Part shown: positions 17,937 through 27,556 of the stretch, one piece after another
How positions within the stretch are numbered: the stretch's first letter is position 1
Layout of the letters: each line of letters begins with the position of its first letter
NCBI GenBank assembly: GCA_020432105.1
Contig: JAGQGZ010000001.1
Location: forward strand, 1-55,163
Length of the DNA stretch: 55,163 bases
Reading direction: 5' to 3'
Origin: Dehalococcoidia bacterium
GTDB lineage: Bacteria; Chloroflexota; Dehalococcoidia; Tepidiformales; Tepidiformaceae
The notes under the pieces: generated by a model
The model's database searches: none
What the model saw: the letters and a program-made list of their open reading frames with translations, nothing else
Told to the model about the DNA's origin: nothing
Translations under genes and position numbers: made by a program

Positions 17937-20201
17937 TTACGAGAGCTGGTTCAACTCCTCGACCACCCGGCGTGGCGAAATCGGGAGTTCGGTGAAGCGG
18001 TGGCCCGTCGCATCCTCAATCGCATTGGCGATTGCGGCGAGCGGCGGGACGATCGGTACTTCGCCTACCCCACGTACTCCGTACGGGTGGCCGGGGTTCG
18101 GTACTTCCACAACGATCGTCTCGATATAGGGAACATCGAGTGTGGTGGGCATCCGGTAGTCGAGGAAGCTCGAGTTCCGGAGGTGTCCTTCTTCGTCGTA
18201 GAAGTATTCCTCGTTCAGGGCCCAACCGATGCCCTGGACCACGCCACCCTGGATTTGCCCTTCGACGTAGGCCCGATGAATGGCCGTTCCCACGTCCTGG
18301 ACAGCTGTGTAGCGGAGGATCTCAACCTTGCCCGTCTCAGGGTCGACTTCGACGTCGACGATGTGGGTGGCGAAAGCGCCTCCCGCACCACGGGCGACCA
18401 GCGAGGCGGAACCGGTGATGGGACCGCCTGTGCGAGCCTGCTGGGCTGCCATCTCCTTGAAGGTCAGGGTCTTGGTCGAGTCTTTCTTGCAGTGGAGTTC
18501 GCCGTCGATGTAGTCGACATCGTCCTCGCTGCAGTTCCAGAGCTTCGCCGCCCGCTCGGCCATCTGCTTGCGGATGTTCATCCCCGCCTCGTAGGTGGCA
18601 AGGCCTGTCGCGAAGGTTACGCGGCTGCCGCCGGTGACGTCGTTGTGGGGGATGGAGTCGGTATCGGCAACGACCGGGCGGACGTCCTCGAAGGGGATCT
18701 GAAGGGTCTCGGCGAGCTGCATGGCAAGGGAGGCGCGAGTGCCTCCGATGTCGGTCGAGCCTTCGATGAGGTTAACGGTGCCGTCGGGGTTGACACCGGC
18801 GATGACCGATGACTGCATGCCTGCATTGAACCAGAACCCGGAAGCAACGCCGCGGCCGCGATTGGGGCCCTCGATGGGCGACTTCCAGTGGTCGCTTGCC
18901 AGCGCTGCCTGGACCGTCTCCTCGGCGCCGATGCGCGGGTGCGCCACCCCGTTGACCATCTTCACGCCTTCGCGCGAGCTATTCGAGTCGCGGAAGTTGA
19001 GCACATCGAGTTTGAGGGCCTTGCAGGCCTCGTCGATGGCCTGCTCGATGGCGAAAGCGGCCGCGGGGGCGCCGGGGGCCCGGTATGCGGCAACCTTTGG
19101 CTTGTTGACGACGACGTCGTACGCGTTGAGCCGGAAGTTCGGGACGTCGTAGGGCGAAAGCATCGTCATCGCACCGGCACCGACCGGTGATCCAGGGAAG
19201 GCGCCGGCCTCGTAGGCCATGGTCGCGTCCACGGCATGGATCTTGCCATCCTTGATGCCGAGCTTGATGTGGATGTAACTGCCGCTGGTGGGGCCGGTGG
19301 CCTCGAAGACGTCGGTGCGGTTCATCGAGATCTTGACCGGCTTGCCCGTCTTGCGTGAGAGGACCGCCGCTACGGGATCGAGATAGATCACCGTCTTGCC
19401 ACCAAAACCGCCGCCGATCTCCAGGGGCGTGACCCGGATCGACGAGAGCGGAACGGCGAGCACCTGGGAGGTGAGGGAGCGCACACCGAAGGCGCCCTGG
19501 GTGCTGGTGTAGATCTGAATTGTGTCGTCGGAGTTCCACATCGCCGTCGACGAATGCGGCTCGATGTAACCCTGGTGGACCATCCGCGTGCGGTACTCGC
19601 GGTCGACAACGTGGTCGGACTCGGCGAGCGCCTTTTCGACATCGCCATCTTCGAAACGGTTGTGCGAAGCGATGTTGCTGGGCTTGTCGCTGGTTTGGCC
19701 GCCCATCACCTTGGTGTGGCGATTCTCATCGAGTAGTGGTGCGTCTTCGCGCATGGCGTCGCGAACGTCGAGGACGGGCGGAAGCAATTCGTACTCGACC
19801 TTGATTGCACGCGCGGCGGCTTCTGCTTCGAAGTGGGACCGGGCGGCGACCGCAGCCACCGCGTGTCCGTGGTAGAGCACCTTGTCGTGAGCAAGGATGT
19901 TGCTGCTGAGTTCTTTCAGGTTGACCGCGGACTCGCCGATGGCTTCAACCTTGTCGGCTGCTGCCGGGAGGTCCGTGTGCGTGGCGACGGCCATGACACC
20001 GGGCATCTTCGCCGCCTCGCTGGTGTCAATCTTGATGACCCGGGCGTGAGCGTGAGGGCTGCGGAGGATAGCTCCGTAGAGCAACCCGGCGGGCTTGAAG
20101 TCCGCGGCGTAGCGGGCGGCGCCTGTGACCTTCTCCGCCCCGTCGGGACGAATTGGGCTGGTGCCGATGATCTTGTAGTCCGGGCGTTCGACTGTCGTCA
20201 T
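17937..20201 (-). CDS. xanthine dehydrogenase/aldehyde oxidase family molybdopterin-binding large subunit (CoxL-like, not a bona fide CODH)
   Basis: It has MTTVERPDYKIIGTSPIRPDGAEKVTGAARYAAD, EIGGGFGGK and AAYRAPGAP. GGAGG lies 8 nt before ATG 20201, and an ATGA overlap joins it to the upstream 2Fe-2S gene. Confidence 0.9.
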   Translation of the reverse strand: MTTVERPDYKIIGTSPIRPDGAEKVTGAARYAADFKPAGLLYGAILRSPHAHARVIKIDTSEAAKMPGVMAVATHTDLPAAADKVEAIGESAVNLKELSSNILAHDKVLYHGHAVAAVAARSHFEAEAAARAIKVEYELLPPVLDVRDAMREDAPLLDENRHTKVMGGQTSDKPSNIASHNRFEDGDVEKALAESDHVVDREYRTRMVHQGYIEPHSSTAMWNSDDTIQIYTSTQGAFGVRSLTSQVLAVPLSSIRVTPLEIGGGFGGKTVIYLDPVAAVLSRKTGKPVKISMNRTDVFEATGPTSGSYIHIKLGIKDGKIHAVDATMAYEAGAFPGSPVGAGAMTMLSPYDVPNFRLNAYDVVVNKPKVAAYRAPGAPAAAFAIEQAIDEACKALKLDVLNFRDSNSSREGVKMVNGVAHPRIGAEETVQAALASDHWKSPIEGPNRGRGVASGFWFNAGMQSSVIAGVNPDGTVNLIEGSTDIGGTRASLAMQLAETLQIPFEDVRPVVADTDSIPHNDVTGGSRVTFATGLATYEAGMNIRKQMAERAAKLWNCSEDDVDYIDGELHCKKDSTKTLTFKEMAAQQARTGGPITGSASLVARGAGGAFATHIVDVEVDPETGKVEILRYTAVQDVGTAIHRAYVEGQIQGGVVQGIGWALNEEYFYDEEGHLRNSSFLDYRMPTTLDVPYIETIVVEVPNPGHPYGVRGVGEVPIVPPLAAIANAIEDATGHRFTELPISPRRVVEELNQLS

Positions 20202-20677
20202 ACCTTGGCCTCCATCTGGTCGGATGCCTTGAGCACCGCGCGAACGATCTTGTCGTAACCGGTGCAGCGGCAGAGGTTGTTGGCCAGCCAATGGCGAACA
20301 CGGGCTTCGTCAGGGTGCGGTTCCTTATCGAGGAGCGCCTTGGAAGCGACGATGAACCCGGGAGTGCAGATCCCGCACTGGAGGGCAGCCTCTTCGAGGA
20401 AGACCTGCTGCAGCGGGTGGAGGCGATCGCCTTCGGCGATGCCTTCGATAGTGGTGACCTCTGCGCCCTCGGTCTCGACTGCGAGTACGCAGCATGAGTT
20501 CACCACGCGGCCGTTCAGGATTACTGAACAGGCGCCACAGTTGCCGTTATTGCAACCTTCTTTGCTCCCGGTTAGTCCGAGGTTGTCGCGTAGCACTTCG
20601 AGCAAGCTCTGGCGTGGTTCGCAGAGGAAGTCGACGTTGTCGCCATTGAGGCGGGTGGATACGTGGGTCCTGCGCAA
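20198..20677 (-). CDS. (2Fe-2S)-binding small subunit of the molybdenum hydroxylase (CoxS-like)
   Basis: Cys clusters are CNNGNCGACSV, CGICTPG and CRCTGY. TTG 20677 has AAGGAG 10 nt upstream and gives 159 aa. The ORF-track start at 20722 overlaps the upstream gene. Confidence 0.9.
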   Translation of the reverse strand: MRRTHVSTRLNGDNVDFLCEPRQSLLEVLRDNLGLTGSKEGCNNGNCGACSVILNGRVVNSCCVLAVETEGAEVTTIEGIAEGDRLHPLQQVFLEEAALQCGICTPGFIVASKALLDKEPHPDEARVRHWLANNLCRCTGYDKIVRAVLKASDQMEAKV

Positions 20678-20678
20678 G

Positions 20679-21554
20679 TTAGCTGTTCTCCTTTGCGCGC
20701 TCGAGTGCGCCGCGCAGTGCACGGACGGTGAGCACCTTGGCCAGGTGTTTCCGCTGTGCGACCGAGCCGCGCATATCGGCGATGGGTGTTGCTGCCGCGG
20801 CGGATGCCTCTCCGGCAGCGGCGAATGTCTCTTCGTTGGCGGGCTTGCCGATCAGTGCCTGTGCTGCCGCGGGCACAACCAGTGGCGTTGGGGCAACCGC
20901 ACCGATGGCAACCTTGGCGTCGGCGATCGTCTCGCCGTCATCCGCCAGCTGGATACGGGCGCCGGCGTTCACCACGGCGATGTCCATCTCGTTGCGGGGG
21001 ATGAAGCGATTGAAGAACGCACCTGAGCGTGGCTTGGGCGCCGGTATCTTAAGTTGGATGAGCAACTCGCCGGGTTGAAGGTTGTTCTTACCGGGCCCGG
21101 CAAAGAACTCTTCGATAGGGAGTTCGCGCGTGCCGCTCTTGGAGCCGATGACGAGCCTGGTGTCCTGGGCGATGAGCGACGGGATAGAGTCGGCAGCCGG
21201 ACTGGCATTGCAGACGTTCCCGCCAAGGCTGGCCCGACCTTGAATCTGGATGCCGCCGATAAGCGAGGCGGAGTCGATGACCGCAGGGAATTTGGCGGCA
21301 ATCTCGGCGTTTTCGTAGATGACAGCACATGGCACGGCGGCGCCAATGGAGAGGCCACCGTCAGCGGTAATTTTCAGGGCCATGAGCTCAGGAATGTGCT
21401 TTACATCGAGCACCTGGTCTGCGTGTCGCCGGTTCTCGCGGAGTTGGACGATGACATCCGTCCCCCCGGCCAGGAGCGCCGTGGTCTTGCCATTCGACAT
21501 CGCCGCGTAGGCTTCATCGAGCGTTCGTGGCGCAACGTATTCAAATGCGTCCAT
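20679..21554 (-). CDS. FAD-binding medium subunit of the molybdenum hydroxylase (CoxM-like)
   Basis: It begins MDAFEYVAPRTLDEAYAAM...LLAGGTDVIVQL and is 291 aa. AAGGA lies 5 nt before ATG 21554. The 419-aa ORF-track version is an upstream extension. Confidence 0.9.
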   Translation of the reverse strand: MDAFEYVAPRTLDEAYAAMSNGKTTALLAGGTDVIVQLRENRRHADQVLDVKHIPELMALKITADGGLSIGAAVPCAVIYENAEIAAKFPAVIDSASLIGGIQIQGRASLGGNVCNASPAADSIPSLIAQDTRLVIGSKSGTRELPIEEFFAGPGKNNLQPGELLIQLKIPAPKPRSGAFFNRFIPRNEMDIAVVNAGARIQLADDGETIADAKVAIGAVAPTPLVVPAAAQALIGKPANEETFAAAGEASAAAATPIADMRGSVAQRKHLAKVLTVRALRGALERAKENS

Positions 21555-21708
21555 ACATATCCTTCTGAACAATGCGGTCGACCGGCTACAAGGCCGATCG
21601 TTGGGCCTGATCATACGGTTCACGCGGGCCCTTGTCTTCGTGGGCGCCATCGCCCCCGGCCCGCGTATACTTCGGTTGCACCAAATGAATCTCGAGGGGG
21701 GTGCGGTC

Positions 21709-22863
21709 ATGTCCCGACCTGTCCTGCGAACACCACTTTGTGACCTGTTGGACATCGAATACCCGGTCGTCCTCGCCGGCATGGGGCCGGTGGCCGGCGG
21801 CCTCACGGGGCCCGTGGCGACTTCCGATCTTGTTGCGGCCGTATCGAATGCCGGCGGCCTCGGCGTGCTGGGGGGCGCAGGGTTCAGCCCCGAACGCCTG
21901 CGCGAGGAGATCAATACCGTCCGCTCGATGACCGACAAACCGTTTGGCGTTGACCTGCTTTTGCCTTCGAACTACATGGGGGGCGCCGCATCGGCGGAAA
22001 TGCCACCGGATCCTCGCGACCTCGTACCGAAGGAAACACTCGCTGGCGTGCGCAAGATCGCCGCCGATCTTGGCATTGAGTGGAAGGAAGATCCCACGCC
22101 GATCCCGGCGCGGAGGGGCGGCGGCCTGAGCGACGGCCAGATGGAAGTCGTGATCGAGGAGAAGGTCCCGGTCTTCGCGAGTGGGCTGGGGAACCCCGCG
22201 CAATGGGTCGACCGGCTGCACGCAAATGGGACGAAAATCCTCTCGCTGGTGGGGAATGTGAAAAATGCCCGGCGGGTGGCCGATGCCGGCGCCGATGTCG
22301 TGGTTGCCCAGGGTACGGAAGCGGGCGGCCATACCGGTCGTATCGCTACCCTCGCGCTTGTACCCCAGGCAATCGATGCTGTCGCTCCCAGGCCGGTGAT
22401 AGCGGCCGGCGGCATAGTCGATGGCCGGGGGCTGGCCGCAGCCCTCGCACTCGGAGCTGTGGGAGTTTGGTGCGGGACAGCGTTCCTCGTTGCGGATGAG
22501 GCGAACCAACCAGAGACCCAGAAACAGCGAATCCTCGCAGCTATTGATGAAGACACGCGCGTTACCCGGCTCTACAGCGGCAAAACGATGCGGAATATCA
22601 CCAACCCCCTCATCGAGGCCTGGGAAGCGAGCGGGCTCCAGGCCCTGCCGATGGGCATCCAGGGAATCCTGACCCGCGACCTCGTCTATTCCATCCGGGA
22701 AGCGGACCGCGAAGACCTCTTGATGAACGCTGCGGGCCAGGCTTCCGGCATGCTCCAGAAGGCGCGTCCAGCCGCCGAAATCCTCCTTGAGATCGTGGAC
22801 GGTGCTGCCGAGATCCTCGCACGGAAACTGCCGGCCACGGTGTCGGCGGTTCCGGCAGAGTAG
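21709..22863 (+). CDS. nitronate monooxygenase / 2-nitropropane dioxygenase-like FMN oxidoreductase
   Basis: It has LLDIEYPVVLAGMG...AAVSNAGGLGVLG and VVAQGTEAGGHTG. A GAGGGGGG SD precedes ATG 21709. Confidence 0.85.
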   Translation: MSRPVLRTPLCDLLDIEYPVVLAGMGPVAGGLTGPVATSDLVAAVSNAGGLGVLGGAGFSPERLREEINTVRSMTDKPFGVDLLLPSNYMGGAASAEMPPDPRDLVPKETLAGVRKIAADLGIEWKEDPTPIPARRGGGLSDGQMEVVIEEKVPVFASGLGNPAQWVDRLHANGTKILSLVGNVKNARRVADAGADVVVAQGTEAGGHTGRIATLALVPQAIDAVAPRPVIAAGGIVDGRGLAAALALGAVGVWCGTAFLVADEANQPETQKQRILAAIDEDTRVTRLYSGKTMRNITNPLIEAWEASGLQALPMGIQGILTRDLVYSIREADREDLLMNAAGQASGMLQKARPAAEILLEIVDGAAEILARKLPATVSAVPAE

Positions 22864-22865
22864 CT

Positions 22866-24116
22866 ATGACAGAGCGCGCACTTGAGGGAGTTCGGGTGGT
22901 CGAGTTCACCGACGAACTGGGCTCCTACTGCGGAAAACTGCTGGCCGACCTTGGCGCCGACGTGGTGAAGGTTGAACCTCCCGGCGGGGGATTGCAGCGG
23001 CGAAACCCGCCGTTCTTTCACGACCGCGAGGGGATCGATACGAGCCTGGATTTCTGGTTCCACAACACATCGAAGCGCTCGATTGTCCTTGATCTCGACG
23101 ACCCGAAGGATCGCGAGATAGCGACGAAGCTAGCGCGCCGGGCCCAGATCCTTCTGGAAGACATGCCTCCCGGACACCTGGCTGAGCACGGCCTCGGTTT
23201 CGACGAGCTAAAGGCCTCCAATCCGGCGCTCGTCTATACCTCGGTCACCGGCTTCGGCCAGACGGGTCCGCATTCCCACTGGGCCTACAGCGACATCGTG
23301 GGGCAGGCCACGGGCGGCGTTATGACCCTGGCGGGCGAGCCGGCCGATCCTCCGAATCAGATAGCGGGGCGGCAGGCAAACATCAGCGCCAGTATCCAGG
23401 CTGCGCAGGGGACAATGGCTGCCCTGCTCTATGCCGAGGCCACCAGCCAGGGCCAGCAGGTCGATGTTTCGGCCCAGGAATCGTTATCGATGTCGCAGGA
23501 AACGGCGATGCAGACGTGGGACTTCCAGAAGAGGAATCGGACCCGCACCGGCGAACGAGGGATGCTCCCGATAAGCCTGCCGGCACTCGGCGTGTACGAG
23601 GCACTCGATGGATATGTCTACGTTATGGTGCTGGCCCCGGCGGGTGCCGACCTGCCCGAGCTCGTCGCCTGGATGGCGGAGGAAGACAAAGCTGAGGATT
23701 TGGGCGAGGAGCCCTACGCCTCCCTCATCGGGACATTGAACATGGCCTACCTGACCCAGGTGATGACGGACCCGTCGAAGGCGGCAGCCGTAGCCGGACA
23801 GTTGCAACACATCCATGAAGTGATCGGCCGCTTCATCGCCAGTAAACCGGCACGCGACGTGTACGAACAGGGCCAACAGCGCAGCCTGCTCTTCGGGCTG
23901 GTGTCGACACCAGAGGACCTCGCGAATAACACGCAGTTGCGTGCCCGTAACTGGTTCCAGGAGGTTGAGCCCGCAGCAGCCGGTGAGGCGGTCGAGTTCC
24001 CCGGTCTCCCCTACCGGCTGAGTGAGACTCCGGGCCGATTGGGGCCGCCGCCGAAGCTGGATGAGCACCGGGACAGCATCCTCGCCGAACTCGATACCGT
24101 GGAGGCAGCGCGATGA
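22866..24116 (+). CDS. family III CoA-transferase (CaiB/BaiF), type-1 member of a two-gene module
   Basis: It has VRVVEFTDELGSYCGKLLADLGADVVKVEPPGGG. It lies 2 nt after the NMO-like stop and is the closest relative of 38836..40074. Confidence 0.85.
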   Translation: MTERALEGVRVVEFTDELGSYCGKLLADLGADVVKVEPPGGGLQRRNPPFFHDREGIDTSLDFWFHNTSKRSIVLDLDDPKDREIATKLARRAQILLEDMPPGHLAEHGLGFDELKASNPALVYTSVTGFGQTGPHSHWAYSDIVGQATGGVMTLAGEPADPPNQIAGRQANISASIQAAQGTMAALLYAEATSQGQQVDVSAQESLSMSQETAMQTWDFQKRNRTRTGERGMLPISLPALGVYEALDGYVYVMVLAPAGADLPELVAWMAEEDKAEDLGEEPYASLIGTLNMAYLTQVMTDPSKAAAVAGQLQHIHEVIGRFIASKPARDVYEQGQQRSLLFGLVSTPEDLANNTQLRARNWFQEVEPAAAGEAVEFPGLPYRLSETPGRLGPPPKLDEHRDSILAELDTVEAAR

Positions 24117-25369
24117 CCGTGAAACCACTCGACGGCATCCGCGTCGCCGATTTCTCCTGGTTTGGTGCGGGGCCCATTGCCGGACAGGCACTCGCCACCT
24201 ATGGCGCCGAGGTTGTGCGCGTGGAGTCGTCCAAGCGCCTCGACTCCCTGCGGGTTGGCCAGCCGTTCAAGCTGGACGACGAAGGGAAGCCCATCTCCAG
24301 CTATAACGTGAGCGGCTACTTCAACAATTTCAACGCCGGCAAGCTCTCGTTCACGCTCGACATGAACACACCGAAGGGCAAGGAGCTGGCCCATAGACTC
24401 GTGGTGGAGAGCGATGTCTTCCTCACGAACTTCACCCCTCGGGTTGTCGACCGCTGGGAGCTGGGTTACGAGCAACTAAAGCAGATCAACCCGCGGATCA
24501 TTGCCGCCTATGCACCGATGCAGGGGATGGAAGGACCGCATCGCGACTTCCTCGGCTTCGGGGCCGTACTGACGCCGGTGACGGGCATCAGTCATCTCTC
24601 GGGCTTTCCGCACCGTCCGCCGATTGGCGTTGGGACCAACTACCCGGACTACGTGGTGAACCCTGGCCACACGGTGACGGCCATCCTTGCCGCCCTGCGC
24701 TACCGCAACCGCACCGGTAAGGGGCAGATGGTCGAGTTGCCGCAGGTGGAGTCCGTGGTGAACATCCTCGGTACATCGCTCTTGAACTACCTGGCGAACG
24801 GCGTGAACGAGGGCCGGATCGGGAACCGCCATCCTGCCGCCGCGCCGCACGGCGCCTTCCGCTGCGCTGATGACCCGACGTCCCTCGGTTCGGAGGACCG
24901 CTGGGTTGCGATTGCCTGCCGCACCGATGTGCAGTGGCAGGCACTTTGCGACGCCTTCGGCCACAGCGCTATGGCGACCGATACGAAGTACGCGACCCTG
25001 GCAGACCGCAAGGCAAACGAGGATCAGCTGGAAGCGATGGTGGGGGAATGGGTGCGCGAGTTGCGGGCCGAAGATGTGGCAGTACTGCTGCAGTCTCGGG
25101 GCGTTCCCGCCGGAGTTGTCCAGAATTCGCAGGACATCCTCGACAAGGACGAGCACATGAAAGCCCGTGGCTACTACCAGTACCTCGACCATTCGGAGAC
25201 GGGGCGCTCTGCCTACGATGGGCCGGGGGCCCGGCTTAGCCTGACACCGGCTGGCCACCGGGCGCCTGCGCCCCTGCTCGGCGAACACACCTTCGAGGTC
25301 TGCGAACGGGTTCTCGGATTGGACCCGGACGAGATCGGCGAATTGGTGGCGGCGGGAATACTGGCATAA
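24113..25369 (+). CDS. family III CoA-transferase (CaiB/BaiF), type-2 member of a two-gene module
   Basis: An ATGA overlap joins it to the upstream gene. It has IRVADFSWFGAGPIAGQALATYGAEVVRVES and is the closest relative of 40075..41289. Confidence 0.85.
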   Translation: MTVKPLDGIRVADFSWFGAGPIAGQALATYGAEVVRVESSKRLDSLRVGQPFKLDDEGKPISSYNVSGYFNNFNAGKLSFTLDMNTPKGKELAHRLVVESDVFLTNFTPRVVDRWELGYEQLKQINPRIIAAYAPMQGMEGPHRDFLGFGAVLTPVTGISHLSGFPHRPPIGVGTNYPDYVVNPGHTVTAILAALRYRNRTGKGQMVELPQVESVVNILGTSLLNYLANGVNEGRIGNRHPAAAPHGAFRCADDPTSLGSEDRWVAIACRTDVQWQALCDAFGHSAMATDTKYATLADRKANEDQLEAMVGEWVRELRAEDVAVLLQSRGVPAGVVQNSQDILDKDEHMKARGYYQYLDHSETGRSAYDGPGARLSLTPAGHRAPAPLLGEHTFEVCERVLGLDPDEIGELVAAGILA

Positions 25370-25426
25370 GGCGGGGGCTTCCCTGTGCTACGATCGCGGT
25401 AGCCCCCCAAACGGAGTCGGAATCAC

Positions 25427-25996
25427 ATGGGAGCACTCATCGCAATTCTTATCGTGGTCGGCATCATTGTCGTCCTCGCGTTCATTCTCTTCGGGATGTA
25501 CAACGGTCTCGTTCGCGCGCGCATTCGCGTGCGCGAGGCGTGGAGCGGCATCGATGTCCAGCTCAAGCGGCGGTCGAGCCTGATCCCCAACCTTGTCGAA
25601 ACCGTGAAAGGCTACGCCGCCCACGAGCGGGAGACGCTCGACGCCGTGACCCGCGCCCGGGCCCAACTCGACAATGCCCAGACCCCAGGGCAGGCGGCCC
25701 AGGCCGACAACATGCTCCAGTCGACGCTGCGCTCGCTCTTCGCCGTCGCTGAAAACTACCCGGACCTGAAGGCCAACCAGAACTTCCTCGAGCTTCAGCG
25801 TGAGCTGACGGACACCGAGGACAAGATCGCCTACTCGCGGCAGTTCTATAACACGAACGTCGGCAACTACAACGAGAAGACCCAGACTGTGCCGACGAAC
25901 ATCATCGCCGGCATGTTCGGCTTCCAGCAGGAAGAGTTCTTCGAGGCCGAGGAGACTGCCCGCGAAGACATCCAGGTCAGCTTCAGCACTCCCTAA
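25427..25996 (+). CDS. LemA family protein
   Basis: An N-terminal TM segment is followed by [43 protein letters not shown]...ENYPDLKAN...YSRQFYN, typical of LemA. Confidence 0.9.
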   Translation: MGALIAILIVVGIIVVLAFILFGMYNGLVRARIRVREAWSGIDVQLKRRSSLIPNLVETVKGYAAHERETLDAVTRARAQLDNAQTPGQAAQADNMLQSTLRSLFAVAENYPDLKANQNFLELQRELTDTEDKIAYSRQFYNTNVGNYNEKTQTVPTNIIAGMFGFQQEEFFEAEETAREDIQVSFSTP

Positions 25997-26032
25997 CACC
26001 AACGAACCCGCCGCCAGCCACGGGAGGCAGTG

Positions 26033-26962
26033 ATGGACGTCGCGTCGACTGAACGCGTCCTGGTCTACGACCGCATCGCCGCGAACAAACGCGAGACATG
26101 GCTCCTGATGGGGTCGTTCGTGGTGCTGGCAGGTGGCCTCGCCTGGCTCCTCACCTACGCCTTTCTCGGCGGCTCGATCGGCATCCTCGGCATCGTTGGC
26201 GTTGCGATCATCGGCTACGCGGCCTTCAGCTACTTCGCTTCCACCGCCATCGTCCTCAGCATTTCGGGAGCGCATGAGGTAACGAAGGAAGAGGAGTGGG
26301 AGTTCGTTCGACGGGTTGAGAACCTCTGCATCGGCGCCGGCCTGCCTATGCCGCGGACATGGGTACTGGAGGATTCGGCGCCCAACGCCTTCGCGACGGG
26401 ACGGAATCCGGAGAATGCACATGTGGTGGTTACCAGGGGGCTGCTCGACAAGCTGGAGCCCATTGAACTCGAAGGCGTGATAGCCCACGAACTCTCCCAC
26501 ATCGGGAACCATGACATTCGGGTGATGACGATTGTGACGGTGCTGGTGGGGATTGTTGCGCTGATCAGCGACGTGGCACTCAGGGCTACATTTTTCGGCG
26601 CCGGGCGGCGTTCAGGCAGGCGAGACAGCAACGGTGGCGCTGCCCAGATCGTGATCATCCTTGTCGCTATCGTGGCAGCCATCCTCGCCCCGCTTATCGC
26701 CCAGATCATCAAGATGGCCGTCAGCCGGAAGCGTGAATACCTCGCCGATGCCAGCGGGGCCCTGCTCTGTCGCAATCCGGAGGCGCTGGCCCGGGCCCTG
26801 GAAAAGATCGCCGGCGACAGCGAGCCGCTTGAGGCCGCCAACAAGGCGACCGCGCACATGTACTTCGAGAATCCGCTGAGGGAGCACTCGAGTGCTCTCA
26901 ACGGGCTCTTCAACAGCCATCCACCGGCGGAGGACCGCATCCGGATCCTCCGCGCAATGTAG
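26033..26962 (+). CDS. htpX: M48 family zinc metalloprotease, HtpX-like
   Basis: It has two N-terminal TMs, HELSHIGNHD (HExxH), later TMs and REYLADASGA. GGGAGG lies 5 nt before ATG 26033. Confidence 0.85.
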   Translation: MDVASTERVLVYDRIAANKRETWLLMGSFVVLAGGLAWLLTYAFLGGSIGILGIVGVAIIGYAAFSYFASTAIVLSISGAHEVTKEEEWEFVRRVENLCIGAGLPMPRTWVLEDSAPNAFATGRNPENAHVVVTRGLLDKLEPIELEGVIAHELSHIGNHDIRVMTIVTVLVGIVALISDVALRATFFGAGRRSGRRDSNGGAAQIVIILVAIVAAILAPLIAQIIKMAVSRKREYLADASGALLCRNPEALARALEKIAGDSEPLEAANKATAHMYFENPLREHSSALNGLFNSHPPAEDRIRILRAM

Positions 26963-27016
26963 TGACGGCCCATAGACCTCGAATACGCGGGTTCGAGATT
27001 TCAGGAGGTTGGTGCA

Positions 27017-27508
27017 ATGCCCGAAAAAGAGACAGCGTCAGACAAGGACTCACTGGTACAAGAGCTTGAGTCCGGACATAAGAGGTTTCGCGCGACGATC
27101 GCAAGCCTGCCGGAAGAAGCGTACGAGGAGACCTGGTTGGGTACCTGGTCGCTGACCGAGGTACTGGCCCACATGGCGGGCTGGTTCCGGCAGATGGGGA
27201 GTGCGTTCGAACGTGTTGGGCGGGGTGAGCGCCCTGCCCCCGAGGGTGTCGACCTGGGTGATGTTGAGGCCTGGAACAGCAAGTTTGCCGCGGCGAAAAA
27301 GGCCACCGGGAAGGAGGCCCTGGCAGACTGGGATGCCGCCTATGGCCAGTTCCTTGCTGCTGCCACCGCCCTCACCGCCGACCTGTACGGTATCGACCCG
27401 GAGAAAGGCCGGCCCCGGATCGGAAACCGCCTGATCAGCGGCGCCGGTATCGAGCACTTCGCCGAACACCAGCCCGAAGTTGATGAATGGCTCCGGAGCC
27501 GGGGGTAG
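27017..27508 (+). CDS. DinB/ClbS-like four-helix-bundle protein
   Basis: AGGAGG lies 8 nt upstream. WSLTEVLAHMAGWFRQM ... IEHFAEHQPEV resembles the DinB superfamily / DUF1706 pattern (by eye). Confidence 0.55.
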   Translation: MPEKETASDKDSLVQELESGHKRFRATIASLPEEAYEETWLGTWSLTEVLAHMAGWFRQMGSAFERVGRGERPAPEGVDLGDVEAWNSKFAAAKKATGKEALADWDAAYGQFLAAATALTADLYGIDPEKGRPRIGNRLISGAGIEHFAEHQPEVDEWLRSRG

Positions 27509-27556
27509 ACCAGCATTCCTCACGAGGTTGCGTTGGCACTCGGGTAGACTGTTGCC

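Noticed and set aside
17937-21554. Calling the coxMSL-like operon an aerobic carbon monoxide dehydrogenase.
   Set aside because: The large subunit lacks the Cys-containing CODH active-site loop (it reads AAYRAPGAP), and no cox accessory genes are present. The generic molybdenum hydroxylase call is safer.
26978-26997. tRNA-like GGTTCGAG (T-loop-like) sequence after htpX.
   Set aside because: No matching T-stem, acceptor stem or anticodon arm can be built. It is just a 6-bp hairpin (CTCGAA/TTCGAG) in the short spacer before the next gene.
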